NCBI GenBank assembly: GCA_951406725.2
Contig: OX597823.1
Location: 81,220,001-81,284,000 of the forward strand
Reading direction: 5' to 3'
DNA from: Octopus vulgaris
Lineage: Eukaryota
DNA: 64,000 nt
Below the pieces are notes generated by a model. It was not told the DNA's origin. It made no database searches and saw only the letters and a program-made list of their open reading frames with translations. Both the position numbers and the translations under genes were made by a program. How positions within the stretch are numbered: position 1 is the stretch's first letter; each line of letters opens with the position of its first letter. Of the stretch, positions 12,976 through 28,250 are shown piece by piece.

Positions 12976-15900
12976 TTAAAGAAAAAAAATAAAAACAAAG
13001 AGTTGCTCAAATATGAGGCTTTGCAGATCATCTATAATTGGAAAAGTGACCTCATAACACACTTTGTCCCACATGGTCAAATCTATAAATAGATTTAAGA
13101 GGCAGCCATGTATCAATAGTAGAGGAAACTATTTTGAAACAGACAAGGATAAATTTTAAGTTATGCAATAAACTAGTTTCTTTTCGGACAGCCTTTATAC
13201 TTGATCAGAAACTTAAGTTATGCAGCAATATATTACAACAGGTGTTACAGGCTTTGTTATAACATTAAACTGTAGTTAATGACTTGTGAGCATAAATGTC
13301 TTTTTTTTTGTTTTGTTTTCTCACAATTACAGACCAAGCTAAATGTTATTGTAATAATTTTTTTAAGACAATGTTTTGAAAGTGCATCGTCACCATCATT
13401 TTAGCATCCATTTTCCATGCTGACATGGGTCAGACAAAATTTGGCATGGCAAATTTTCTATGGCCAGATACCCTTCCTGTTGCCAACCTTCACCTGTTTC
13501 CATGAAAGATTAGAAACAAAAAAATATTGCTTGTATGATAGCGACATCTGCTTACAACTATCACATGATGTCAAAGAAACTGTAATACACACATACACAG
13601 AAGCTTCATTCAGTTTCTGTCTACCAAACCCATTCTCAAGACTTTGGTTGGCCCAAGACCATAGAAGACACTAGCCCAAAATACTATGCAGCAACACTGA
13701 ACGTGTAACCAGGTGGTTGGAAAGCAAATTTTTTTACTACACAAACTTTAAAATACTTAGCGAAAGTATTCTAAAAGTCAGTTAAAAGTAAAACTATCAG
13801 ATGAAAAATAAAAATTGCTAGATATTAACTTTGAATGTCAGACAAGTAAAAATGCCAAGTTTAGTTTGCCATTCCTATTCAACTGATTGATATTTGAAGT
13901 TAGTCTTAAACAAATTGATTAACAAAACACAATGTTCAAATTTTTTTCCATATAAAGCAGTTCTTAATGCTAATATATTCAAGTGACAAATTCGATAACT
14001 AGCATCAGTGTAATATCACTAAATTTATTTTTTTTGTGGGGGGGATCAATAATACACAAAAAAATTTACAAGCCAATAATCATTCAATTAGATATCAAAT
14101 TTGATCAAGATTGTAGTTGACAACCTTTTGTAGATTTAGTTTCATAAATGCTGTACACAACTTTCATCCAGTTACTGGGCTAAATTCACAAAAATGTTGA
14201 ACTATTTCAAAGTTATAGTATGCTTGACTCTTGTTACAATATTTCTGTTGAAATGCACTGCCTTTGAATCAGTTAATTTTTAACATGAAGAATTTGGAAA
14301 AAATAACCAACATTAAGCTGGTGTTTGGAACATGAATTAACTTCTAGAATAAGTTCTAATGGAAGTTAGTTTAGATCATTTTAAAACAGAAATGAGAGCA
14401 GTCACAGACAGATTGGTCTCAAAAGGGTTTAACACCATGAAAACCTTCATGAAAAAATAACCTGATGAACAATTTAATAGATACTTGATTTTATTTGCTG
14501 CCATATCCTAAGCAAAGCCAAAAGGAGAATATACCTGGCTCTCTTCCAAGTGTTCATATTGTTTAACCCCTGGTTGACACTTTAGCATCTAGATTACTCT
14601 GTCAAATGTAAGGTTTATTTGTTCACATGGTTTTATATTATGCATTATCTAGTAGCTTCGCGATTTTGATGATGTGATTGCTTAATTTTAGAATAACACT
14701 GCAGCATAGATATAAGAGGTCATATCTTGACCACTGTGAACATAAAACAGAATATTTGGCCTGGATATAGCTGGCTTTAAATGCCAACAGGTTAAGCCAG
14801 ATAAAGATCTGAAGCAAATCGTCAAGTAATAATGAAATTATTGTATACAGTGCTCAGGTGCACCACAACAGCCTGTATCTTTTTTAATAACATTTTAATT
14901 AGCAAACTAGAATTTAATGCTTTCTTAAATCCATTTCCAAATAAGAAAGGAACTGTGTGATTACATGTTTTTAAGCCTTTGGTATTCATAATTACTGTCA
15001 AATGTAATGCTTATTTATTTACATGGCTTTGAATTAATCATGCATTATCTCATCACTTCAAGACTTCAACATTGTGATCATTTAATTTTCGAAGGACATT
15101 GTTGGGTAGGTGTGAGAGACTGAATCTAGCCATTTTGAATATAAAACAAGGTAGAATATTTAGGCCAGATATAGCTGGTTTAAATAGTAAGGAGTTAAAA
15201 GACATTACTGTAAAAAAAAAAAATCTTTTTTTTTTTTTTTTTGGATACATCAACACTTCCACACCACATTTTAAAAGTATTTTGCCAACATTACAATTCT
15301 GAAATTAAATCAAGAATTTCAAAGGTTTTTATTTAATCTACCTTATCTGGTGTTTGTATATAAAAGATTCTTATATAGAATTATATATATAAAGATTATA
15401 ATGGAATAACATGGTCTAAATATAACACTAAAATAAACAGTTTGTATCATAGAATCTACAGAGCTACAGGCAAGATGTTAACAAAAGGATAAAAGGATTG
15501 AAGAGTTGTGAGCCAATTGCTGAAAACTGACAGGATTAATACAAACATTGATATATGTAAAAATCTTAACAGCTTTTATTGGACAGTGCCATACTGGATA
15601 TCTAGCAAAGTTAAAGTAGTTAAAACAATGGACAACTACTACAGTGCATGGAAATTGTCTGCCTGTAAAGATTGCAAAGAAGTGTGTGCAGTATGCTTCA
15701 AGAAAAATTGAAGGTGCATAGTACTGTCACAAAATTTGTACTGAGCCTGCTGACAGATAAAAAGAGAACCCAAGACTGTCAGTTAGAAGGTTTGTGATAA
15801 AAGTTTCCATAAGCATTTGAATGATTAGTGATGAAATGCCAGAGTGCAGCTATGTCAACATAATGGTAGCCATGGCAGTGGGTTGGGTCAATCTCATCAT

Positions 15901-17959
15901 GAAAAAAGAAAAGCATTATGCAACTCAAAGGTAAATGTTAGTCTTTTTGATTGAAAGGGATTTGGTTAAACCATAACTTAAAACGTTTTGGACATCCTGA
16001 AGCATTTCAAAGAGGCTAAATTGTGAAGGTAAAGAACTAGGCGATGAACAGATAATACCCAAGGACATTCCTGTTCCCAATATTAATCTAATTCTGAAAG
16101 ATAGTCAATTTCAAACTACAAGAAAAACTTGGTAGCTCTTCACTGATGTTAATACTGAATGGGTCTAAATTTTGAGCAAGGTTATACAGGCAGAAATTTT
16201 TGCAAATAGATTTCATGCATCTTGCACAGTGTTTAAAACATTTATTCTGGAATAAAGGAATGTGCTTGGCTGATAGTTGCTAATAGAGAGCTATGAGTAT
16301 CTTGTCACAAGGTAGCTGTGACTGCTGCTGACAGATTTAGCATTACCTGTTCATCACCAACCAGAATTTCAATGCAAAATATTTCTCGTACAACTGTTTA
16401 ATAACATTTTGTACAATTTGTCATTCAATTCCAAATTTAAGAGGAAAAAAAAAGAAAAGCATACATTTACATTTCTAATTGTTGAGTGGAGCTCTATTTA
16501 CAACAGTATGGCTTTCACCTTTCTTCACATAACATATTCAGAAAGTTGACAGATTTCCTAAGTAGCTCCCCTACCTAGTCTTATAATTTCTATTACTGTT
16601 AGTTTACATTAGTTTAAAACCAAATCAAAATGGTGTGTGGCAGAAAATTTAACACAACTGACAAGGTCTTGTAGCAACTATTTTTGAAAGACAATTTTTT
16701 CAAGTGCGCAACATAGCAGTTGTCATCTATATCAAGCCTTGCAGCCCATCTCCCACAATTTTTTTTTCTTCTCTACTTAACGATGTATGCAGCATGGACA
16801 GGGTGCAACATCAAGCCAATAAATCCATAAGCCCAAGTATTGTTCTTAAATTGATTAGATGTTGGGCTAAAATATCAACATTTGCTTCTGCACCAAGAAA
16901 TGCAGAGGCTTGGGACTTCATTCCTAATAAGTTTCCATTATCAAGATATGGGAAATGATAAACTTTTTCAAGAAGTCAAATGTAACATATTGAAGCAGAT
17001 TTTCTACGGCCAGATACCTTTCTTGTTGCCAACCTTCACTTATTTCCAAGCAAGGTACATTTTTCACAGAATATTGGAAATAACTGACACAGCTTGTATA
17101 AGTGATGCTCATTTATAACTGCCATACTATGTCAAAGACAAGGAGACATGAAAAACACACACACACACAGACTGGACCTCTTTCAGGTTGTCAACAAACC
17201 TACACACAAAACTGAACAATCTAGAAAAATAGAAGACACTTGGTCAAGGTGCCACACAGGGGATTGAACCTAAAATCATATGGTTGGAAAATAAATTTCT
17301 CAATCATACAGCCACATGTGAATAGTTAAAAAGAAAATCTAAAATTAGAAGTAAACAAGGTTATAAAATCCAGCTCTCTTTCTAAACCATTAAAAGCTAT
17401 AAGTCACCAGTTCCCATAATACTTATTATAATAACAAATATATCTGTTCTTCCAGAATTTATAAATAAAATTCTATAGTAATTAACCATTTTGACTAACT
17501 AGAAACAGAATTATTTTTGCTAATATCAATACTAGTTTCTTATATTTGATATTTGTCAATGAGTAATCAGGTAAATTAAGTAATATGTAATTTTTTTTTT
17601 CCCCACAACTTCATAGCTTTAACTGTTTTGCTCATTGTCCTATTATATTCATACACACACACAAGGCTAACAATATTGTTTAGATTAGTAACAAAACTCT
17701 GACAACGTCTCTAGACAACCTTCGATAACCTCTCTCATTAATCTCTCCCTCCTTCAGCTGACAGTTTTTGTATGTTTGCATGATGAAAAATACACCTTTT
17801 TGTGGCAATAATAATGAAATTGCTTTCTTATATCAGTAATAAGGCGATTCAATAGAACATCCTACCCCCCCCACCCGGGAATTACTGGGTACACCAGCTA
17901 GTATGTATATATACATATATTTCATTATTATTTAATGAAAACCACAAGTCTTGTGAAAT

Positions 17960-18482
17960 ACAGCTACCCGGGGTTTTCTGGTTGAAATATTAATTTAATT
18001 TGCCGTGTTTTGAGCTGATAAGGAAGAACTCTGTAAACTAAAGTCAGTTACTAAGAGCGACCATCAGTGTGAACATTATTATTGCACTTTCTTCTAATAA
18101 GGAAGCGCAATAATAATAATGTTTAGCAGTTCAAAACTGTGAGTAGTGAAATGCAGAATTAGGTTGGCTGATCATTGGTTCAAAGTAATCGAACATAAAC
18201 AATGAAATGGGCTATTTCCCTTCAGTGTTTAAAAAAAATATTGTTGGTTGCTGGTATGAATTATTTCCCTTACGTGTTTAAAAAAAAAGTTATATAAGGT
18301 ACATATAAAGGTCCCTTCCAGGGACCGTATTATCGATTTTTTCAACAACCTAAGTATGTCATGAGGTATCCAGACATGAATTCTACTCACGTGTCAAGTT
18401 TCATCAAAATCAATAAAACGATGTAGGAGGTGTTACATAACAACACCACAAACACATACCAATTTTCCACATATGTAGTAGA
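17960..18482 (-). mobile_element. Helitron-like non-autonomous remnant; a separate Helitron 3' end lies at ~17874-17901 (+)
   Basis: 5' TCTACTACATATGTGG start matches the 42218 element; nearby CCCGGGAATTACTGGGTACACCAGCTAG|T 3' end. Confidence 0.45.
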
Positions 18483-19599
18483 TATACATATATATTATCC
18501 ACTACTTTCATTAATGCATTTACAATCATGTTTAGCAATATCTCAAATTTTTATGCCTTTACCCCTCAGCACACAAATGAAATGCATAAATAACTTTTGC
18601 AATCAAAAATTTCTCACTCTCAATCACAGGCATAAATGATCCTATTTTGTTTTACTTCTGACAAGGAGATTTGATGTTTGGCTTTGCAACAATTAATTAC
18701 CTCAGAATGTCCATAACCCCCCATTCAGTAACAGGCAGTTTTTTTTTTTTAACATTGCTTGATGTATGCTTCTGCAGTTCAATCAACATGCTAAATCTTT
18801 GATCCAGCCTGTTTGTTCAAGCCTGCATAATCAAAAAGTAGAGAGGTATGATGACAGAAGGACCAAGGTGAGTGGAGTGAGGTGAGAGGGTGAAGGTATA
18901 ATTACAGAAAACTATTGGCTATGAGGAAGATTGAAAGGAGCATAATGGAAAGTAGTGCTGAATGGAGGGAGGAGGAGGAGAGAGAAATGGAAGAGACATA
19001 ATAGTTACATGCTTTACCAGTGTCAGAAAAATAAAGTGTTGAATGTCAACAAAGAACAGGCCTAGAGGGGAAAGGAGTGGCAACAGAGAAAGAGTGATGG
19101 TAAGATATATCAGATATGAATAGTTCCAATGCTATCTCTCACATAGGTATCTTGGTGGGAAACACACAAGGAGTGTGAAGTATGGTAACAGTGTATGCAT
19201 AAACACAATACCATCCCTCACCTCATTTGGTGGGATGGGGATGGTGCAGTCAATAGAAGATGAATATCAGAGAATATGAGACTTAGATTTAATACCATCT
19301 TCAATTATGACAGAAGGCCATCAATAGGTGACGGGGTAAATGTAGGGAGCATACATGGGAAAAGAGGAGCGACAGCAATGGACATTAGAAGACAGGAGTG
19401 ATCAAGATAAATAATAGAGGAAAAGGGTGTAAAAAAAATAAAATAAACAAGGGGGGAGCAGGAGAGAAGGAAGAAAAGGAGGCTTGCCAGGATTTATTAG
19501 CTAAGAGAAGCAAATATGTGTATGTGAGTGTACATGTATGTATATCACAACCTCCACTGCTACCCTAATTTCAGCATTTGTTTTGTTATGCTTGACTGA

Positions 19600-21450
19600 T
19601 AGATGGGCTATTATCTAGTATTGTACATCGTCAATCATCTCAGTCCTTTGTCACTGCCTTTGTAGAGCCTAACATCCTGAGGTTGGTCTTCATTTCATCC
19701 CATGTTTTTTCTCGATTTCCCTCTTCCACAGATTCCATCTACTTTCAAATGTTCTGCATAGCTCTATAAATTGTCATGCACCATATGCTTCACATGCCTC
19801 TATCACTGCAGTCTTTTCTTTTGCACACATCTTACACCTCATCAGGTTTTGTTTTTTTCTTTTCTGCAACTCACTTGTACACCATCATTCATGCATACAA
19901 ACACTACACAAACAGTATATCATACTTGCTTCATTTCTTCCTCACTTTTCACAAACCTTCTGCATTCAAGGTCCATATACCAAGACTAAGCAGAATTGCA
20001 ACTTGGACACAAGCATCATACAATATACCCATAACACTTTGCTAATGGGGAAAGGGAGGGGACCTCTCTAAACTTTCCAACCTGTTCTTACTCTGGTTAC
20101 TAAGCTTTTAGAAGATTCACCCTCAACTGTATGTTAAATCATCTATATAAAAGAAACTTTCAACTACTACAGAGTCTTCTGGTTATTTGAAAGAATCTAT
20201 TTCTCAGATACTGCACCAGTCTATTGCTGCACATGAAGTCCATCTCCTTTGTTAGCCTGTCTGTGATTCCACTAACTCCTTGGTCAGTTTATAGTTTACA
20301 CTGGGTAAACTATGAAATTTCCAATAACTTTTCTGCATAACAAATATAGCTATTTCCTTTTCGTCCCTACTTTTTAGTAAGGACAGTAATAAAGTCTTTG
20401 CTAAGTTTACTTTGAGGCTTCTTGATTCTAGGTTTTGCTTTCATGTTAGGAATTTCTTCTCCAAATCTTCAAGAGTTATGAGAGCCAGATCATCATCATC
20501 ATCGATTAACGTCCGTTTTCCATGCTAGCATGGGTTGGAAGGTTCGACTGGGGTCTGGGAAGCCAGGAGGCTGCACCAGGCTCCAGTCTGATCTGGCAGT
20601 GTTTCTACAGCTGGATCCCCTTCCAGGAATTCCCCAGGATAGTTGTTTTAAACTCATATGGTATCCTAAAGTACAATGATAAACAGAAGGGGAATGCCAA
20701 ACCATTTGTCCATGTAGAACCCTATCAAAGTCCTTCCCCAGGTCGACATGCTAGATACAGTAGCTAATTCCAAGGACATCAGTATTTCTTCCTTACAACC
20801 TCTAATTTTGTTCCTAATCAGTTTTGCTATTACTCTTTGTCAGTCAATTAGGTGCCTCTCTTGTGCCTTTGTAGCTATCTGACACCTTCCTGCACTGACT
20901 GAAAACATGTAACTTGCACATGAGCCACTTTGCCAAATATTTTCAGCATCTCACCAACTGAAGGCTCTCTTGCTTTCACATCTTCAATCACTTTACTGCT
21001 TTCAATTTGGATGGGTGATGCCTCTGTTGAGTCTATTTGAGAGGCTCTTTCTTATTCGTGTATTCTCATTTAGCACTTTCATAATAACACTTCCATGCCT
21101 TTCTTTTTGCTAAGAGCAAGTGTGAAACTATAATTATTTCTACGCGGCTTCTATTTTGTCTGGCACAATGTCTTAGGATCCAGAACACCTCATATATATA
21201 TGAATCTCACAGCAAAGAACATGTGAATACTGCTTACCTTCTGCTTCTCCCTCAGCTAAATATACCTTTACAAAGCTTCTATTCTAGTTAGGCTTTATTT
21301 TTGCTACCTCTATTCTTTTACTTTTTTCCAAATCTACCTGTCTTCATGGCTTCATCTACAGTAGTATTCCACAACCATGTCACTGGCACCAGTCACAGAT
21401 GTAATCAATGGCCCGCAGTAAGCTTTCACAGAAACTCAGTTTAAAAGACC
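19600..21450 (-). mobile_element. Highly decayed LINE (RTE-like) remnant with a nested short repeat at ~20490-20620
   Basis: Strand-asymmetric, coding-like composition with many stops; no clean motif, so the family call is tentative. Confidence 0.35.
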
Positions 21451-22759
21451 TTATTACCAACCTCCTTTCTATCATAAGCATCAACAAGAAATTCTGAACC
21501 TGTAACCAACCTATTACACATATATTCTATGTCTTTATATTTAATTGTTTGCATGCCCACTTTGTATTTATTCAATGATTACAAATTGAATATCAACAAA
21601 AAAAAAAATGCATTATATGTCACTTGATGGCAAACTTTATTTTTATAAATAAGCCAAATCACCCTCAAACCATATCCTAGAAGGAATCAAAGAAGGAATG
21701 GAAAAGATTAGAAATATTCACAATAACATGTTAATACAGAAATAAGTCTCTAAATTTCTAATGATATATATTTAGAAGGATTGCAAGGACTATCTATTCA
21801 TCCATCAAGGCAGATATATATATATTGATCTATTGACATACCTATAAATAAATATGGTAAGCTGAAACTGAAGAAGCACATACAAAGACATTTCATTGGA
21901 AATAATTTGAGTGACCTAGGAAACTTCATACTGGATTGAAATCTTGTCAAAGTGTCATATGAACTGCACCATGAGAAACTCATCTCTACTACTCTGCAAT
22001 TAATAAAAATGTTGAGTCTCGGTACCTCTCAGAACACACACACACACACAAAAGAAAAACTTTGCCTGAATTCATTAAAGAGTAATTTTAATCATCTAAT
22101 TCAGGAAATACCAAGACTAGGCTACACAATAATTGTTTATTTAGTTATATTAGTTTCCATTTACTGACAGAGGTTACAGTAATCACTATACACACACAAA
22201 CATACATAACAGTTGCTGTAGACAGCTGTGCGATTACAAAGTTCATTCTACAACTCTATATGGTTACAAGTTCAGTCCAACCATTTGACACCTGGGGCAG
22301 GTCTTCTATTTTGGCCCTAGGCCAACAAATACCTTGTGTAGGAATTTTGTAGATGAAAACTGTGGAAAGTCTGTTATGTGTATATGAGACCCTGAATGTT
22401 GGAGTCCCATAGTTTAACTTGAGCAAAATGTGATATGCTTACATTTCCTGTTGACATTATCATCAGTTCCCCAGTGCTTTTGAAAACCTGTAACGTATGA
22501 AATCCCTTACTTGAAAACTAATTAAGGACCAGCACTAGTAACAGCATCTGACCAATCATGTCCACATCTAGGCCATGCTAAAACATGTTAAATGAATATA
22601 CATACAGGTGTGCATGCACCCCCATGCATGCAATCACACACATGTTTATGTGTATATATGTAAACATTATATACACACATGCATAGACACCCACAGAAAC
22701 AACTATAACAGCTTACAATTATCTATAAAAAAGTAGAGTTAGATGCCATGAAACAGTGG

Positions 22760-24500
22760 GATCAACTTTTTCTTTTAAGCCAGAGAGCCAACAAATAAGA
22801 GCTCGTGACCTCTGCAGGCCCTCATAAACATTGTTCCTCTTGAATCATTGCATGTCTAACAGCTGCAGGAAAGACATGAACAAAGGAATTCCAAAGGATA
22901 GACATACTGGGAAAAATTGAGCTTAGTAATTAGTATGCAGTCTAAACACAAGAGTAGTAAGAAAGATGAATAGGTTAGTAATACTTCAGCAAAGATGGCA
23001 TGAGCCAATCCAGTTGTGAGGAGCAGGGTTCATTATAATTGTAGTAGAAATGAGTGAGAAGACAATATACCCATGGATCAGAGGCTGGAGCACATCTGTG
23101 TGATCTTATGTCAATCAGTTACCTTGTCATATCTGGATAGTCCAAAGTATCCATGTACACATGTGCACTGCCCAGATATGAGAGTTATAATTTTTTATAA
23201 GCTACAACTGAGCTTTGTAGATTGTCAAGAACCATTGAGGTCAACGGTAGCTTTTGGTCCTGAAGAGTAGAGTCAGCCATTGAGATATGGTCCCAGCTAA
23301 AGAAGATACTTTTACTTGGAGAGATCTTTGGTTGCAAGCTTAAAGAAAAGATGGCATTTTCTTAGCAAGAGTAGTGTATGTGACTTATTTGTTCTATATA
23401 TTGATGAAAGAGACAAGATAAGCAAATTCCTATTAAAGGCTTCTATGATCTCCGTTCATGGAATCAGGCAAAGGTAAAGAAAGAATGCAACAATGCCCAC
23501 TGATGTGCATAGAGGGGGAGTGGTTGCATGTAATAGCAAAAGAAGAGAGTGAAAGACACAGAGGCAAAAGAGTTCTATCAACATATACTGTGATCTGATA
23601 GGAAGTTACTAATCCAAAAAAGACGGGTTGAGTTCACAGGCAAGCAGTTTCAATAGATTTATCAGACCCAGTAGAAAGTCTGTTGATGTCAAGGGCAACA
23701 ACATTCTTTTCACTAATTTACCTACCAATGAACTCTCATTCATTGGCAGGTGATACAGTAGCTTAGGAAACTAGTGGATCTAGCTACATGGAAACAGTAC
23801 TAGTGGTCATTAAACACAGAGTGAGAGATTCAAAGTGTTAGTGAACATTGTTAATGGCCATCTCCATGCTAGAAGGGAGCGTAATAGGTTGATAATTGCC
23901 AAAGAAGTTGCTTTCCTTGGAAAAGGGACACAATGTACTGGTTTCCAAAATTCAGAACAGATTCCTGTACAATAGGAGAGATTGAAGAGTTTGATTAGTT
24001 TCATTATAAACTAGACTTGGCCCGTCATGTTCACAGAAAGAGACATTTTTAGGAATAGTGGCTTTGTCAGCTTGAAGTAACTGAAGATACTTTTGCACTT
24101 GGTTTGTGCATGCAGGGTGCTGAACCTGGTGAGTGATAGAGGATAAATTTGAAGGAGATTTGCCAAGTTTGGTAGCAAAGATGAAACTTTTCTTTACTGG
24201 AGTACTGTCCATGAAGCCATTGTTATTTTGAAATGGAGGGAAAGAAGATTCTGTAAAGATAATGTAAACATTTTTCAAATGCAGTTTAGAAGGTGAGATA
24301 GCCTTTGCAGTTCAGATAGTAGTCTTGCAAGTGATACACAACAGGGTAAATGTCACCAAGTTTTAGAGATGTAGGTGAAGTTTTGAGGTACTACAGGCCT
24401 TATTTTACCTGAACAACTTCAGTACAACTATGGTAACCCAAGTCCTCCACTTACAGGACTTGGGATATTGATTTTTTTGTTGCATGTGCAATGCTAAGAG
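22760..24500 (-). mobile_element. Highly decayed LINE remnant (CR1/Jockey-like 3' end)
   Basis: Minus strand near 22880-22920 reads FFPVCLSFGIP / LWNS-like, resembling the FF.R...WNSL 3' end of such LINEs; heavily disrupted. Confidence 0.3.
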
Positions 24501-25599
24501 ACATACATAAAAATTTTGTTTCAATCACTTACCAATCAGTGTCTGAGGAGTTGGGCATGAAACATAGGGCACCAGTGGTAGTTGGCATAAAACTGGAAGA
24601 GTTCCACCCACTGGATTACAAAGTGATATAAGGTGCAGAGGAAGGGATTAGGTGTTTTGTTGTATATGGATGAGTGCTGGGCAACTGGATAGGTGTGGGA
24701 GATAGTTACACTCTGTTAAAAACTATAATGGGAGGTGACAAAGAGCAAGGTGTTTGGGATAGGTATCAATCTGGTACACAAAGGATTAAAGTTATTTCTC
24801 TTTATAATAATCGACCTTTCACTTTAGATTCCTAGAGAAGACATTTAACTCTATCACTCACAAAAGTACTCCCTATCTTCATCATACAAAAAGATACCCT
24901 GAATAATATAGCCAAGATCACCATTTCTGAAAACAAGTTCAACTTCTTGAGTAGGTTCAGCAGAACTAGATCTCACTGGTCTCAATCACATCATCTAACA
25001 GATGAATGACTTAAATGTTCATCATATCTTTTATATTTTCATCTTTACAACTTCATTCTATCCAGTTCATCCTAAAACGAAAAACTTGCTTTTAGAAGAG
25101 TTTTACAAAATCCATAAACCCATACCAAGTGTGCAATATTATTGTTATTCCTGATCTTCCTACTTTCAAAAACATAATTACAAATTTATATTCCTGGAAT
25201 ATGGATTAACAAGTATTGAGTTAGCGCCACACCTCAAAAAAATAAATAAATGAAATGTCATTGTATACCTACTTACTGAATGATCAACCTCTATACAACG
25301 AACAAGCCTATTTTCACTTTTGTAAAATAAGTCTGTTGCTCTTAGTCATCTGTAATTTACCAATCCAAGCACTTGAACTTGTGTTCTTTTCAGATTCTAT
25401 AAAACCATACTATTATCTGACATCAGCTATTGATCTCTCAGTTTTCTGTAGGTTTCATGTACAGGAACTGAACATAAAAGCTACGGGATCTTTAATTCCA
25501 AACCGAAAATAACACTAATATAAAACTATCTATTGCAAATGAATTGGACAGAATTTTCAATTAATGAGGCTAAACTATAAAGCAAGAAAACAAAATATT

Positions 25600-27026
25600 T
25601 AAAATGAATGAAAACAAAAACATACAGGATCTAGTAAAATACTTAAATAGTTCCTTCCCAACTATAACCGCCCCATTCTGGGTATTGTACTTTCACTCCG
25701 AATTTCAACCGAGAACACTTCACAGGTCGTTCGTTAACAGAAGTGGCGAGCATTACGTTTACCAGTCAATGCGTTTGTATGCATATTTTAATATCTATTA
25801 AATGATAAAGAGGAATGAGATTATTATTCAGCAGTTTGCCGCGAGTATTTACCTACAAAACTACATATTTAATACCCGTGAATTCTCCCCGGGTATGCAC
25901 TATTATTTTATATAAACCTATGAAACATAAGAGGTTTTAAGAATATTATACTGGCCCGTTCGTAGCCTGTTGCCAATAGTTAATTTAGATTTAATGACCC
26001 GAACAAAAAAGAAAAAGAAAAAACAACAACCTTTCATAAGCTTCACACAAATACACAAACATATATACAAGACGGCCAAGTAAAATAATAATAGTAAAAA
26101 TTTAAAAAATGCAGAAACAAAACAACGTTGAAAAGAGAAAATAAATGAATGGTATTGACTCTTCTCTCCTTAACATTCCATTTACCTTGTCGGCTAGTTT
26201 CTGGTCTCCAAACAAATATATAATCATTAATCCGAAGACAATCTAAACGAAGCGATTTTCATCGGCTTAATTTTCTGAACATAAACCAACCATAAAAGTT
26301 AATACTAAAACGTTATCGATGTAAAATATATTATACATATATTATCAATATATATATATATTATATATTACCAATATAATTCAAAATGACACTGGAAGAA
26401 TGAGCAAAAAAATGTGATTTTCAGTTTCTGATTTATCTCTCTGTCGGCACCACCACAATGAAAACCAATATGTCACATGTAGTTAACATGTGTAACTTAA
26501 ATAAAAGTGAGTGGAACTGATACTTAATGGTGCTGACAGGTCAATTAGTATATTTAATATAGATATCGATAGACTGACCCCACCCACAAACTAACCCATC
26601 GTTCTTCTTATTCGGTGATGATAAACGTTTGCTGTTTCTATCTATAATAATTCCATATCGATAACAGACACACACACACACCACTTCTCTCTCTTTCTTT
26701 CTCGTCTCTCCTTTATAAGTAAAAGTAGCTTTTATGAATATCAATCATTTCTTAGCGGACTTCCGTGTACGACCAATTGAGAAAGAGGTTAAGTGAAGAG
26801 AAAAAACAAAAAAATTGGATGATAATAATAATAATAACAACAACAGCTACTGAATAAACGAAATGCAGTAGTGATAAATGGGATATTATAACACGCACAT
26901 ACTGTTGTTGACTGATAAACAATTGCTTCTAAATTTACAACAGCTATTGTCGCCATAGTCTTTTTTTTTCTCCATAGGATACGCCTTAGATAATAAAGAG
27001 GACGAGGAGACAATATAGATGTATAT

Positions 27027-27073
<47 letters not shown>

Positions 27074-28250
27074 CACACACACAGAGGCACGCATATATAT
27101 ATTATAAATACATATACACACAAATATATAGAGAGAGATATGAGATTCCCCCCCTTATGTAATGTACAAAATTCATTAATTAATGGATGGCCTTTTTTTT
27201 TAGTGTCTTCTAGCTTCATATGTATTAAATCATATAAGCATAGATCCCCGACCACCACCCTTCTGCATGGAAATGTAAGTAAGTATAGGTTAAATGAGGT
27301 AGTTTTGAGAAAACGCTCAGAAAAGCCGAGGACTCTCTACACAGTTCAGAGGCGATTTTTCAACATATTTCCTGTCCTCTTAAAAAGCATTTGTAAAACG
27401 AAAGTTTAAATCAAAAATAAATCGAATGCTGCATATTCAATTAGCTTATGCAAGAAACGAACATCCTAAATAATGGAAAAAGATACGAGGATATAAGATA
27501 ATAGGTTATTATTACATTATTATTAGACATTAAAAACGAGAGATAGACATATATTATTGGATTTTAAGACAAGCAAAAATGTTACATTAACAGATATATA
27601 TATTAATGGGTTTAGTAGTATGGAGTGTTGAAAAATAGAGACTTGGAAAAATCGAATCGATGAAATTTTTTTCTCCAAGGCAAAACGTCTATACTTACAG
27701 GTAGATTTGGACTGATTTCAGCTGAGCAGGAATGACAATAAAATCTGTTCAACCTAGGTTGGCTTTCAAACGCTGCCTCCGCCATTTTCACCAGCGGATT
27801 CAGTTGAGATGAAAACGAAATTCCGTCCCCTTGTCGTCGAAAAGGAGGAACTACCAGAGGACGCTGCTGCTGTTGTCGTCACCGCTGGACTAGCTTTCAT
27901 TTATTTATTTATATTTACATATTTATTTACTTCTTTATTTCATTTGTTTGTTTGTTTGTTTTTTATTTACCATTACAGATTCTCTACGATCGAAATGTTG
28001 ACGCGAAGCCGTGTTGTTTTTACGGTTTAGAAATTATTTATTGTAACGACATGAAATATATTGATAATAATAATAATAATACCATAATAATAATTTATTC
28101 AGCTATTAATCACATTAATCATTAAAAGATATTAAAATGTATTTAACAGTGGTGGTGGTGATGAATTAACAAGAACCGTTTGATCGTCGAACAGAATGCT
28201 TCGTGGTATTTTTTAAAAGCATGCTCCAGCATGGCCTCACTCTCTAGAAG
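25600..28250 (-). promoter_or_regulatory. CpG-retaining promoter / 5' region of the RNF115/126-like gene, with a YY1-type site overlapping the ATG
   Basis: CpG is visibly more frequent than in the rest of intron 1; CCGCCATTTT at 27779-27788; ETS-like ACTTCCG and CCAAT near 26759-26778. Confidence 0.55.
27699..27785 (-). CDS. RNF115/RNF126: RNF115/RNF126-like E3 ubiquitin ligase, coding exon 1 (MAEAAFESQPRLNRFYCHSCSAEISPNLP)
   Basis: ATG in AAAATGGCG context; the RFYCHxC..I.P.LP motif is the first half of the N-terminal zinc ribbon of RNF115/126; phase-0 donor GTAAGT. Confidence 0.93.

Noticed and set aside
15500-15820. Cys-rich piggyBac C-terminal-like fragment
   Set aside because: CAVCFKK..CDKSFH is suggestive but too decayed to link to the 4903 element.
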